Source: an uncultured Oscillospiraceae bacterium | Lineage (GTDB): Bacteria > Bacillota > Clostridia > Oscillospirales > CAG-382 | Assembly: GCA_964525815.1 (NCBI GenBank) | Contig: CAZGJQ010000003.1 | Coordinates: 1-43,237 of the forward strand | DNA: 43,237 nt | Direction: 5' to 3' | Part shown: piece after piece, positions 1 through 8,448 of the stretch | Numbering within the stretch: the first letter of the stretch is position 1 | How the letters are laid out: each line of letters opens with the position of its first letter | Translations under genes and position numbers: made by a program | Notes under the pieces: generated by a model | Databases searched by the model: none | What the model was told of the DNA's origin: nothing | The model's input: the letters and a program-made list of their open reading frames with translations, nothing else

Positions 1-430
1 CTCTGTTGTACGCAGACAGAGAATGCAAATAACCGCTGCCTAACCTTCGCCCCATTCGTATACACGCCTTTTTTTCACTTTCGCCATGATAGGCATCCAC
101 ATTATAATCTAAAATATTTGCGTCCTCAAAGGTGCTTGTAACTATATCGTAAAGAGCATTAAGCTTAACGCAGACATCGTTTTTTTCCATGCAGCTCGCA
201 ATGCGGGGAATAAGAATATAATCGCACTTGCCAATCAGGGAATACACATGCCCCATATATATTTTTGAGGGCAGGCAGCATTCGTCAATGGAATACCTTA
301 TGCCGTCCTGCAAAATCCTTCTGTTGGTCTCCTCACTGGTTATCGTTTCGCAGCCCAGCTCTTTAAAGAAGGTCTCCCACAGCACCCTGTATCTGTAATA
401 AAGCATCGCTCTCGGCAAGCCAATTGTCAT
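1..430 (-). CDS. Acyl-CoA dehydratase activase-related protein (DUF2229-like), runs off the left edge
   Basis: Manual translation from ATG at 430: MTIGLPRAMLYYRYRVLWETFFKELGCETITS...DECCLPSKIYMGHV...DYILIPR. GGAG RBS upstream. Not in the ORF track because no stop codon lies in the window. Confidence 0.8.
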   Translation of the reverse strand, partial: MTIGLPRAMLYYRYRVLWETFFKELGCETITSEETNRRILQDGIRYSIDECCLPSKIYMGHVYSLIGKCDYILIPRIASCMEKNDVCVKLNALYDIVTSTFEDANILDYNVDAYHGESEKKACIRMGRRLGSGYLHSLSAYNR

Positions 431-512
431 TATAGACGCTCCTATCCGCTTTTTTATATAAATAACTCTATATCTATTTTGATTTCATTTTGCGTTATAT
501 ATTCATTGCGAT

Positions 513-542
513 AAAAAACAGCGGGAATAAATCCCGCCGCTG
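513..542 (-). terminator. Probable intrinsic terminator after the epimerase gene
   Basis: GCGGGA/TCCCGC stem (521-537); the A-run at 513-518 gives a U-tract on the minus strand. Confidence 0.55.
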
Positions 543-553
543 AGAAAAGAAAT

Positions 554-1426
554 CTATGTATTTCCCTTTGCAAAGCTTATATAATAATCTAACAAGTCAA
601 ATATATAATCATTTAATACCATAAAATTAAATCCCGCTTTTCTCGCCTTATCGGTATTTATACTATATGCCGGTTCTCCGTTATACGGGGCGGCGTTACC
701 TTGTGCGGAGAAAATAGGTCTTTTCCCTGTTTTTTTAGTTATATATGCAAACATCTCCTCAAGAGATTTTGTTCCTTGGCTGCTCCCGTTTATCGTTCCT
801 GTAAGTTCCTGTTCAACCATAAAAGCTATAAATCTTCCCGCTTCGTCCGAGCGTATAAAACCCATTTGCTTATCTGCGTTGTCTACATACATAGGAATAC
901 CTTTTATTATATGCTCAACATAAAAATATAAGCGTTTTGTATAATCATCCTGGCCTATACCTAAAGGAATGCGAACAGCTACTGCATTTTGATTTTTATA
1001 ATGCTGAAATAATGCGCATTCATCCTGCCGCTTAATCTCATCGTACCCAAAATCGGTTCTTGAGCACCACCGCAGTCCATATGAAAGCGGATCAAAATCC
1101 TCTTCTATTGTTTCCATATGCTTATCATAAACGGCTGTTGTAGAAATCATAACATATCGGTCGCACTTAACAGCATTTAGTAAATTTTTTACATCATTTG
1201 AGCAATATGCCAAATTATCGCAAATTACATCGAATTTTCTTTCTCCGAGTTCCTTGGCAAGGCTTATCTTGCTTAATCTGTCTATTTTAATCCTTTCAAC
1301 ACGTTCTCCGAAATCGTCTTGCTTAATTCCTCTTGTAGCTATTGTTACTCTATGGTTATTATTTATCAGTTCGTTGACCATATGCCCACCGAAAAATCGT
1401 GTGCCGCCCAAAACCAATATTTTCAT
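554..1426 (-). CDS. NAD-dependent epimerase/dehydratase family protein (atypical SDR)
   Basis: N-terminal MKILVLGGTRFFG Rossmann motif, MISTTAVY, Y-x3-K-like YDEIK. Start moved to ATG 1426, which overlaps the upstream stop (ATGA). Confidence 0.8.
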   Translation of the reverse strand: MKILVLGGTRFFGGHMVNELINNNHRVTIATRGIKQDDFGERVERIKIDRLSKISLAKELGERKFDVICDNLAYCSNDVKNLLNAVKCDRYVMISTTAVYDKHMETIEEDFDPLSYGLRWCSRTDFGYDEIKRQDECALFQHYKNQNAVAVRIPLGIGQDDYTKRLYFYVEHIIKGIPMYVDNADKQMGFIRSDEAGRFIAFMVEQELTGTINGSSQGTKSLEEMFAYITKKTGKRPIFSAQGNAAPYNGEPAYSINTDKARKAGFNFMVLNDYIFDLLDYYISFAKGNT

Positions 1427-2214
1427 TCCTTGCTCCTTCTGCACACAAATATAAGCTCTCTGCCGCCTTCAATACCGCTTTTGTCGTACCAGCCGTATTC
1501 CTCGGTTATAAAAAATCCGTTGTTAAGCAGTAGCTCCTTCAACTGCTCATAATAGTAATATTTTAGTGCGAGTTTATCGATTATTCGTTCTATATTGCCG
1601 TTCGGGTGCGTTATTTCAAAGGCAAAGTACGGGTATATAATCTGTTTTTTAACATCGATTTTTTCGCCGCCGTGCTTCTTTACAATTCTTATGCCGCTTG
1701 CTTCATCTGTACGCTCCCATTGGATCCGCTCTGGATAAATCCAGCTCTCATCAAGCAAGGCATACGGACGGAAAGCATTTAAAATGAGTACTCCGGTGTA
1801 TGATAAATGCTCATAAATACATTTCAAGCAATTATTTATATCCCTGTCGTCCGTTAATGATTGAAATGCTCTGAAGGGCGAAATAATAAGACCGAACCTT
1901 CTGTCAAGCGAAAAGTCGGACATATCACCTTTTATCAGCTTAATTCTTTGCTTTATTTCCTCGGGTTTTTTACGCAGCTTTTTTATAAGCTCGGAGAGCA
2001 TATTTTCCGACAAGTCAAGACCGGTAACACCATAGCCGCTCTCTGCCAAAGGAATAGCTACTCTTCCGGTACCGCAGCCCAACTCCAGCACTCCCTCCTT
2101 TGCGTACTCACCGTAGGAGAGATAAAAAGGAATGTCTGCGGTAAGATTATCCCTGTTGTCATAGTCGTACAAATGAGCACTGTTACGCAATGTGTTCATT
2201 TCTTTGCTCTTCAT
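1423..2214 (-). CDS. Class I SAM-dependent methyltransferase
   Basis: VLELGCGTGR motif I, GLDLS, GDM; AAGGAG RBS. Confidence 0.9.
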   Translation of the reverse strand: MKSKEMNTLRNSAHLYDYDNRDNLTADIPFYLSYGEYAKEGVLELGCGTGRVAIPLAESGYGVTGLDLSENMLSELIKKLRKKPEEIKQRIKLIKGDMSDFSLDRRFGLIISPFRAFQSLTDDRDINNCLKCIYEHLSYTGVLILNAFRPYALLDESWIYPERIQWERTDEASGIRIVKKHGGEKIDVKKQIIYPYFAFEITHPNGNIERIIDKLALKYYYYEQLKELLLNNGFFITEEYGWYDKSGIEGGRELIFVCRRSKE

Positions 2215-2230
2215 TCAGTCACTCCTTTTC

Positions 2231-2285
2231 AAAAAATAAAGGTGTAAGCATATGATGAATTACATCCCCTTGCCTACACCTTATT
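2231..2285 (-). terminator. Intrinsic terminator (attenuator) in the 5' leader of the methyltransferase
   Basis: Minus-strand stem AAGGTGTAGGCA / TGCTTACACCTT (one G-U pair) followed by TATTTTTT, directly before the RBS. Confidence 0.7.
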
Positions 2286-2306
2286 ATCAGTTCGTTTAAT
2301 AAATGC

Positions 2307-2423
2307 TTAACCGCTTTGAAATGACAATATGTGAGTAAGCCCTGCTTTGTGCTTTATCGAGCAATCAGCAGAGTACATAAAATAGAAATTGTCATTCTTG
2401 TAAGGACTGGTCAGGCTTTTCAT
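2307..2423 (-). CDS. Putative 38-aa leader peptide MKSLTSPYKNDNFYFMYSADCSIKHKAGLTHILSFQSG
   Basis: Manual translation; AGGGAG RBS; lies between a sigma-A promoter and a terminator. Confidence 0.55.
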   Translation of the reverse strand: MKSLTSPYKNDNFYFMYSADCSIKHKAGLTHILSFQSG

Positions 2424-2450
2424 TCGTTCTCCCTAGTATAAATATATGAA

Positions 2451-2479
2451 ATAATATCATATATTTTTTTAATTGTCAA
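2451..2479 (-). promoter_or_regulatory. Sigma-A promoter for the leader/methyltransferase/epimerase unit
   Basis: TTGACA-N17-TATTAT with TG extension. Confidence 0.7.
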
Positions 2480-2582
2480 CAGACAAATGATTTTTTGGTT
2501 CCTGTTTTTGGTACTACTTGTAATTTTTATACTTTTTATGCTATATTAAGAAGAGCTATAGACAAGCGAAAGGAATTTTTTA

Positions 2583-2915
2583 ATGAGCACATTCTTTGTT
2601 TCAATCGGTGTGGAAGAGGCTATAAAGCTGATAAACGAGAGAATTTTAAGCGGCAGTACAACCGGCGAGTGCATCAACAGCTATAAGCTTGATTCTCCTC
2701 ACGGAGGAACCTGTATAGTTCGTGTGTACGAGAAGTACTACTTCCGTGCGTACGCCCGCCTGACAGCTACGGTTACGGTTGACGATTTTGAAGGCAAAAC
2801 CAGAGTACATACGGTGGTCGGCGGGGGCGCAGGCATGATTCGGGGTGACTTCGGAGCCTCAAGCAGCTTCTCCAATACCGTTTACGAGGCATTATCTCAA
2901 TATATAATCCTCTAA
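2583..2915 (+). CDS. Conserved hypothetical protein (DUF6054-like)
   Basis: 110 aa; VYEKYYFR...LTATV...VGGG pattern recalled from this Firmicute family; AAAGGA RBS. Confidence 0.65.
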   Translation: MSTFFVSIGVEEAIKLINERILSGSTTGECINSYKLDSPHGGTCIVRVYEKYYFRAYARLTATVTVDDFEGKTRVHTVVGGGAGMIRGDFGASSSFSNTVYEALSQYIIL

Positions 2916-2923
2916 GTCAACGC

Positions 2924-2966
2924 AAAAAATCCCCTATTACACGCCCATATGGACGGTAAAAGGGGA
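2924..2966. terminator. Hairpin between convergent genes
   Basis: TCCCCT/AGGGGA outer stem with an A-run at 2924-2929. Confidence 0.5.
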
Positions 2967-2995
2967 AAAGCTTTTCAGACAAATAATCGCTTGGA

Positions 2996-3130
2996 TTATC
3001 TGCCTTTCTTAGGATTTGCCTTTTGGTGTGTCTTTTTTGCTTTGCCCTGAAGCTCAGGCACAACCTCTCCGGCTTTTTTACCGGAGCCCCGCGGCTCCAT
3101 ATCCGGCCGCTTCATTCCCTGCTTTGCCAT
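2996..3130 (-). CDS. Small basic 44-aa protein MAKQGMKRPDMEPRGSGKKAGEVVPELQGKAKKTHQKANPKKGR
   Basis: Manual translation; GAAAGGA RBS; downstream terminator; the MAKQGMKR start resembles small clostridial hypothetical proteins. Confidence 0.7.
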   Translation of the reverse strand: MAKQGMKRPDMEPRGSGKKAGEVVPELQGKAKKTHQKANPKKGR

Positions 3131-3202
3131 AACACCCATTCCTTTCGTAAAAATACTAATATATATTATTTTACGAGAAGGTGGGTTTTATGCGACAGTT
3201 AA

Positions 3203-4498
3203 TTAATTAAAATATAATGATATATTGTTTATTAAATGTGCAACAACTTTATTCATGTTGTCTTTTATTTTTGTTTTATTTTCGTCTGTTATTTGCGTAT
3301 TATCACTTTTTAAAAGGTATTTTGCATCTAGTTTCTTTAACAGACAATATCTGTTGATTATTTCTAAGCACTCCACACACCTTTCAGAATCCTTATTAAT
3401 ATAAATATCGTAATCATCAACATATATACTTGAATTCAAATACTCTGCACTGTTTTTCAATTCTATATATATGTCATAAGCCATTGTCTTATAGCATTTA
3501 ATCATTAAATGAAATACTCCTTCGTTGTTGCGGTCATATAAAAAATTAGGGTTAGGGTAATTTTTCATTATTTCATAAGCATAATTATCTAATTGCCTAT
3601 AATTTTTATTGTTTTCAAGTAACCCTGCTACTTTATCTGGTATTTTCTCATATTTTAATACTTGCTTTAATTCCATGTTATAATCAAAATTTAAACAAAT
3701 ATCTTCTATATATTCTAAAGAGTTTTTACCATTGTTTATATTAAACTCATAATCGAACATTTTATCATAATACTGGTCAACACTATATTCCTCGCCATAA
3801 TAATGTTTAAGAATACTCGAAAACTCTGTTTTATTCATTACCAACAATATGTTTATGTTATATTCCTTTTTTTTGAGCTCTTTATTTAAATAAACTATTT
3901 TTTTGATTAGCCTGATAGCATAATCCGGGTCGCATCTGTCAAGCTCGTCAAAAATAAGGATATATTTCTTTTTTTTATCGCCATTCTCAAACATTAGCTT
4001 AAAAGTAATATCATAGAATTCGTTTTCTTGTATAAAGTTGTTAAATTTAACATTATTATATAATTGGTATAATTCCTGCGTATTTATACCCTCAGTTGCA
4101 TTTTGAATAATATCAGATAATACTTGAATTGCGTCCGAAATGGGTAGCAACTTGATAAAAAATTTACCTAATCCTTTTACTACATCAACCTTATTATTAA
4201 TCATATAATGTTTAATATTTTCATACTTACTTCCGTTATAAACACTATCCTTTAACTTCTCGTATATCGTTTCAAGCAGGATATTATTGATATCGTCATC
4301 ACCCTGATGCTCCCAACAATCGAACTTAATCGGGATAATATCTTCACTATTAATTTCGTCAATAAACTTATCGACAAAGAAACTTTTTCCGCTACCCCAT
4401 TCGCCATTGAATAGAACAACCTTCTTTTTTTCGTTTGAAAAATACTCTACAAAAATATCCATTAATCCTCGACGCTGTTTAAAAAGCTCATTATTCAT
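3203..4498 (-). CDS. KAP-family P-loop NTPase
   Basis: Walker A GEWGSGKS, FDCW, Walker B ILIFDELDRC, YxxK-like YYDKMFD; GGAGG RBS; markedly AT-rich. Confidence 0.85.
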   Translation of the reverse strand: MNNELFKQRRGLMDIFVEYFSNEKKKVVLFNGEWGSGKSFFVDKFIDEINSEDIIPIKFDCWEHQGDDDINNILLETIYEKLKDSVYNGSKYENIKHYMINNKVDVVKGLGKFFIKLLPISDAIQVLSDIIQNATEGINTQELYQLYNNVKFNNFIQENEFYDITFKLMFENGDKKKKYILIFDELDRCDPDYAIRLIKKIVYLNKELKKKEYNINILLVMNKTEFSSILKHYYGEEYSVDQYYDKMFDYEFNINNGKNSLEYIEDICLNFDYNMELKQVLKYEKIPDKVAGLLENNKNYRQLDNYAYEIMKNYPNPNFLYDRNNEGVFHLMIKCYKTMAYDIYIELKNSAEYLNSSIYVDDYDIYINKDSERCVECLEIINRYCLLKKLDAKYLLKSDNTQITDENKTKIKDNMNKVVAHLINNISLYFN

Positions 4499-4661
4499 TA
4501 TTTTTTTACCTCCGTTTTTTATTTCGTTATTGTTATTATACCATACCCGTCAAGTGTCAGACTTTTCAGGACAAGTGAAGTAAAAAAATCAGCTTATTTT
4601 ACGGATTTATGCAAGATGCGTTAGCTCTTCGGCATATTATTAACCGGGTGATTGTATTCGT

Positions 4662-4865
4662 ATGAAAAAATGCGCTTTGGAGCTTACTACAACAATCAGT
4701 GCTGCAGCGTCGGCTATAGCTAAGGATTTGTCCGACGAGCAGTTAGCCTTTATAGCGGCAGTTTTTAACCAGCTCGGTGATACACTCGCAACCATATCGG
4801 CATACAGAGCCTTGTGTGGAGCCACCTTAAAAAAAGATGAGAACAATTCTAAAGGAGGTAATTAA
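4662..4865 (+). CDS. Small conserved protein (DUF6774-like)
   Basis: ISAAASAIAKDLSDEQL...FNQLGDTLATI pattern. Confidence 0.7.
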   Translation: MKKCALELTTTISAAASAIAKDLSDEQLAFIAAVFNQLGDTLATISAYRALCGATLKKDENNSKGGN

Positions 4866-4871
4866 GTATTT

Positions 4872-6251
4872 TCATTCCTGCGAAAACGCTTGGGCAACCT
4901 TTAGCATAACAGCGCATTCTATGCGTTTTTTGTGCAGCTCGCAGCCTATTTTATAGGTGCCGTTGATGCTCCCTGTCGAGTGGTAGGAGTTTGCCGCACA
5001 GCCGCCGCTGCAATACAGCCGGGCAAAGCAATCGCCGCACTCCTCCTTTGTGTATATATTGCATTGCTTGAACATATCGGTTACGGTCGTGTTTATAACT
5101 CCGCCGAACACATCTCCGAGCAGGAACTTCTCATCCCCCACAAACTGATGACAGGGGTAGAGCTCACCGGACGGGGTTACCGCCATATATTCGGTTCCCA
5201 CTCCGCAGCCCGAAATTCGCTTGACGATACAGGGTCCGCGCTCAAGGTCAATCATGAAGTGGAAGAAGCCAAACCCCCTGCCTTCTTTTTTTCTCTTAAG
5301 CATTTCTGCTGCTAAAAGCTCATATTGTACGCATAGCTCGGGTAAATCCTCCTCCCGCAGCGCATACGGCTCGTCCGGCGGAGCAACAACAGGCTCCATG
5401 GATAACTCCTTGAAGCCAAGGTCGGCCATATGCAGAATATCGCTTGCAAAATCGGTGTTGTAATGCGTGTAGGTTCCCCTTATGTAATAATCCTTGTGGC
5501 TTCTGAGCTGTGCCATTTTTTTGAACTTGGGAAGGATTATATCATAGCTGCCTTTACCGCTCGCGCTCACACGCAGGCGGTCATGAACCTCCCGCCGTCC
5601 GTCCAGACTCAAGACAACATTACTCATCTCACGGTTTGCGAACTCCATAACCTCGTCGTCCAGCAAGATACCGTTTGTGGTTAGAGTAAAGCGAAAATTC
5701 TTGCCGTGCTTCTTCTCCTGCTCCCTGCCGTAGCAAACCAGCTTTTTTACCACCTCAAAGTTCATAAGCGGCTCTCCGCCGAAGAAGTCCACCTCAAGGT
5801 TCCTGCGGTCTCCCGAATTTTTTATCAAAAAATCCAGCGCCGCTTTGCCGACCTCAAAGCTCATCAATTCCTTTTTGCCCTTGTACTCTCCCTTTCCGGC
5901 AAAGCAATACTTGCACGCAAGGTTGCAATCATGTGCGATGTGCAGGCATAACGCCTTTACCACCGACTGGCGCTTTTTGAAATCAAAAGCGACATCGGCA
6001 TATATATCCTCGGAAAAGAGCTTTTTCTGCTTCTTAAGCTCCTCAATATCCGCAAAAACATCCTTGATCTCCTGCTCGGTAATATCCGGAACGCCTTTAT
6101 ATTTCTCCAGCATTAGGCTGATTATTTGTGCTTGCGGTGTGCTCTCGTACAGCCCTATTATATCATACGCAAGCTCGTCCACGGAATGCACGGCTCCGCT
6201 GTTTCCGTCTATTATTATATTGTATCCGTTGCTTTTATAGCGGTGAATCAT
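4872..6251 (-). CDS. scfB: SCIFF/ranthipeptide radical SAM maturase (CteB/ScfB type)
   Basis: N-terminal MIHRYK/RRE-like region, CNLACKYC radical SAM motif, FFGGEP, SPASM cysteines GC...PCHQF...CGDCFARLYCSGGC; adjacent to the SCIFF precursor. Confidence 0.95.
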   Translation of the reverse strand: MIHRYKSNGYNIIIDGNSGAVHSVDELAYDIIGLYESTPQAQIISLMLEKYKGVPDITEQEIKDVFADIEELKKQKKLFSEDIYADVAFDFKKRQSVVKALCLHIAHDCNLACKYCFAGKGEYKGKKELMSFEVGKAALDFLIKNSGDRRNLEVDFFGGEPLMNFEVVKKLVCYGREQEKKHGKNFRFTLTTNGILLDDEVMEFANREMSNVVLSLDGRREVHDRLRVSASGKGSYDIILPKFKKMAQLRSHKDYYIRGTYTHYNTDFASDILHMADLGFKELSMEPVVAPPDEPYALREEDLPELCVQYELLAAEMLKRKKEGRGFGFFHFMIDLERGPCIVKRISGCGVGTEYMAVTPSGELYPCHQFVGDEKFLLGDVFGGVINTTVTDMFKQCNIYTKEECGDCFARLYCSGGCAANSYHSTGSINGTYKIGCELHKKRIECAVMLKVAQAFSQE

Positions 6252-6279
6252 TTTTTTGTTCCTTTTATCGCAAATTATA

Positions 6280-6299
6280 TGCCGGTCAATTGACCGGCA
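6280..6299. repeat. Perfect 20-bp palindrome between scfA and scfB
   Basis: TGCCGGTCAATTGACCGGCA. Confidence 0.85.
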
Positions 6300-6316
6300 G
6301 TTACTTTGTGCGACCT

Positions 6317-6463
6317 TTATTTTTTGTTCTGCTCACACTGCTGGTTAACAATGCTGCAGGAGGTCTTGCTTGCGGACTGGCAGGAGGTCTGGCACTCTCC
6401 GCAGCCGCCCTTCTTTGCGGACTTCTCCATATCCTTGGTCTTTATTGTTTTGATTCTCTTCAT
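6317..6463 (-). CDS. scfA: SCIFF (six-cysteines-in-45) ranthipeptide precursor, five-Cys variant
   Basis: Manual translation MKRIKTIKTKDMEKSAKKGGCGECQTSCQSASKTSCSIVNQQCEQNKK; AAAGGAGA RBS; upstream of scfB. Confidence 0.95.
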   Translation of the reverse strand: MKRIKTIKTKDMEKSAKKGGCGECQTSCQSASKTSCSIVNQQCEQNKK

Positions 6464-6483
6464 AAAAACATCTCCTTTGTAAA

Positions 6484-6512
6484 ATTCTATCAAAAATAAT
6501 CCGCTTTGTCAA
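6484..6512 (-). promoter_or_regulatory. Sigma-A promoter of scfAB
   Basis: TTGACA-N17-TAGAAT with TG extension. Confidence 0.7.
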
Positions 6513-6514
6513 GA

Positions 6515-7927
6515 TTACCGAGAGCTTTTTACCGTATATATTTCACTCGGTATCCTGCCATGACAGCTCTTAACGGTTATACCGATTGTATGCAGCCGGT
6601 TTAATTCATAAATTATATCCTCGGTAATTCTCTCTCCCGGAGCGATTAGAGGTATCCCGGGCGGAAATGCGTACACATACTCCTTTGATACCGCTCCTGC
6701 GCTACTGCTCAGCGAGATTAAGCTCCCTTCGGCGGAAATAGCTTCGCTCGGAATCATAACGGTTTCGGGGTTATAAACCCTTGCGTTTTGTCTTGACGGA
6801 GTTGTGCTTAATAATCTGTCTGTTTCAAGCAAAGCATCGCCTAACCGCAAAAAACCCTCGTCTGTGTCGCAAATGCTTGTCATCGCAAGCACATAATCCC
6901 CCATCGCCATTTCCGTTTGCAGCAAATACCTGTCCAGCAGGCGTTTTTTTAGCTCCGTGCCTGTTATATCGGTATTCATAACCGAAATAATCAGCTTTCC
7001 CCTATCAAAATCATATATATCCCGCTTATTTTCTTTACAGAAAACTCGTATACTGCGCAAGGCGCTTATTTGGCTAAAAAAATCATCCAGGCGTGCGGTA
7101 TAATCCTTAAACAGCTTCTCTCCCTCTCTCGCCATGAGCTGTATACAACCGCTTATTCCCGCCATTAAGATATAGGACGGACTGCTGGACTCAAAAACGG
7201 CAAGCTGCCTCCGGACCTCATCAGCATCCACTCTATCCCCGTTAATATGCAGGAGTGCGGTCTGGGTGGGGGAGGGTAATGTTTTATGCAGTCCGTGCAC
7301 CACAATGTCTGCTCCGCATTGTACCGAGCTGCGCGGAAACGCTTTTGCAAAGCCGAAGTGCGCTCCGTGAGCCTCGTCCACGAGCAGCGGGATATTGTGT
7401 TTGTGTGTAATTTGCGCTATGGCGGCAATATCGGAGGTAACCCCCTCATATGTGGGCGAGGTTATTATAACCAGACTGATACCGGTGTTAGCCGTTAGTG
7501 CAGCCTCCACCGCCGCAGGAGATATACTGCCCGCAATTCCGAGCTTGTGTTCGTACGAGTGCATTAACCAGACCGGCTCAAGCTCTCTTAGAGCTATCGC
7601 ATTATATACTGATTTGTGACAATTGCGCGCCGCCAATATTTTATCCTTTTTGCGTGTGCAGGCAAAAACACCCGCTAAAATACCGCAGGTGCTCCCGTTT
7701 ATGAGATAAAATGACCTTTCGCTCCCGTAAAGACGGGCGGCTGACCGCATTTCCGAGGCTATTATTCCCCCGGCATCGTGCAGATTGTCGAACCCGTCGA
7801 TTTCGGTTATATCGGTATTAAATCCGTTATAACCACCACAAAAAAACGGATTCCTCTTATGCCCCGGCATATGGAACGGATATATTCCGCTGTCCCTGTA
7901 GAGCGTCAGTGCATCGTTAAGGCTCAT
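6515..7927 (-). CDS. PLP-dependent Orn/Lys/Arg decarboxylase family protein (YaaO-like)
   Basis: FHMPGHK, NGST, RNCHKS, DEAHGAH, HKTL (PLP Lys), SSSPSY, PPGIP. Confidence 0.9.
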   Translation of the reverse strand: MSLNDALTLYRDSGIYPFHMPGHKRNPFFCGGYNGFNTDITEIDGFDNLHDAGGIIASEMRSAARLYGSERSFYLINGSTCGILAGVFACTRKKDKILAARNCHKSVYNAIALRELEPVWLMHSYEHKLGIAGSISPAAVEAALTANTGISLVIITSPTYEGVTSDIAAIAQITHKHNIPLLVDEAHGAHFGFAKAFPRSSVQCGADIVVHGLHKTLPSPTQTALLHINGDRVDADEVRRQLAVFESSSPSYILMAGISGCIQLMAREGEKLFKDYTARLDDFFSQISALRSIRVFCKENKRDIYDFDRGKLIISVMNTDITGTELKKRLLDRYLLQTEMAMGDYVLAMTSICDTDEGFLRLGDALLETDRLLSTTPSRQNARVYNPETVMIPSEAISAEGSLISLSSSAGAVSKEYVYAFPPGIPLIAPGERITEDIIYELNRLHTIGITVKSCHGRIPSEIYTVKSSR

Positions 7928-8349
7928 ACCATTCCGCCGTCCTCTTCGGACTGAGCAGTCTCGTTTTTACTGTTTGCCTTTTCGCTTATAATAAGGTTAA
8001 TCACAAGTATTACGGCATAAACGGCAAGCAGGATGAGCTGAATCAAAAAGGCGGGTGTGTAGTTCTGGAAACGGCTCAAAATATATATCAGCCCCAAAGC
8101 CAACTGTATTGCAAAATAAAGCGCTCCAAATTCGGTCGGCAGCATACCAAAAATCTTCCTTTTTATCGGATAACGCGCGGTTAACAGCGGCGTTGCGACA
8201 AAAACCGCAAAAGATAGCAGAACAAACACATAGGTAGCCCAGGTAGGGAAGGTCTCTCCCGCCTTCATATCGGTCAAGAAGAACAGAGCATTAAAAACGG
8301 CAAAAACAATGCTGCCAAGTATAAGCCAAAGTATATCCAGTTTTTTCAT
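7924..8349 (-). CDS. Hypothetical membrane protein (about 4 TM segments)
   Basis: Four hydrophobic stretches; stop overlaps the decarboxylase start; start codon uncertain (8349 or 8361). Confidence 0.7.
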   Translation of the reverse strand: MKKLDILWLILGSIVFAVFNALFFLTDMKAGETFPTWATYVFVLLSFAVFVATPLLTARYPIKRKIFGMLPTEFGALYFAIQLALGLIYILSRFQNYTPAFLIQLILLAVYAVILVINLIISEKANSKNETAQSEEDGGMV

Positions 8350-8448
8350 CGTTATATCCATTCCTTGTTGAATCAATAATTTGGTGCCGATATGCAAAGG
8401 AGAGCGGCTGCCCTTACGGTTGCCGCCCTCACTGCTTTTTTTATCTTT

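Noticed and set aside
4551-4580. TGTCAGACTTTTCAGGACAAGTGAA beside the KAP gene, resembling an IS terminal repeat
   Set aside because: Similarity is weak; I found no partner repeat, target-site duplication or transposase.
6128-6499. 123-aa plus-strand ORF over scfA
   Set aside because: Antisense to the true scfA and to the start of scfB.
7280-7300. Decarboxylase PLP motif reads GLHK instead of the usual SxHK
   Set aside because: The PLP-binding Lys and other motifs are intact; a single substitution is not enough to claim altered function.
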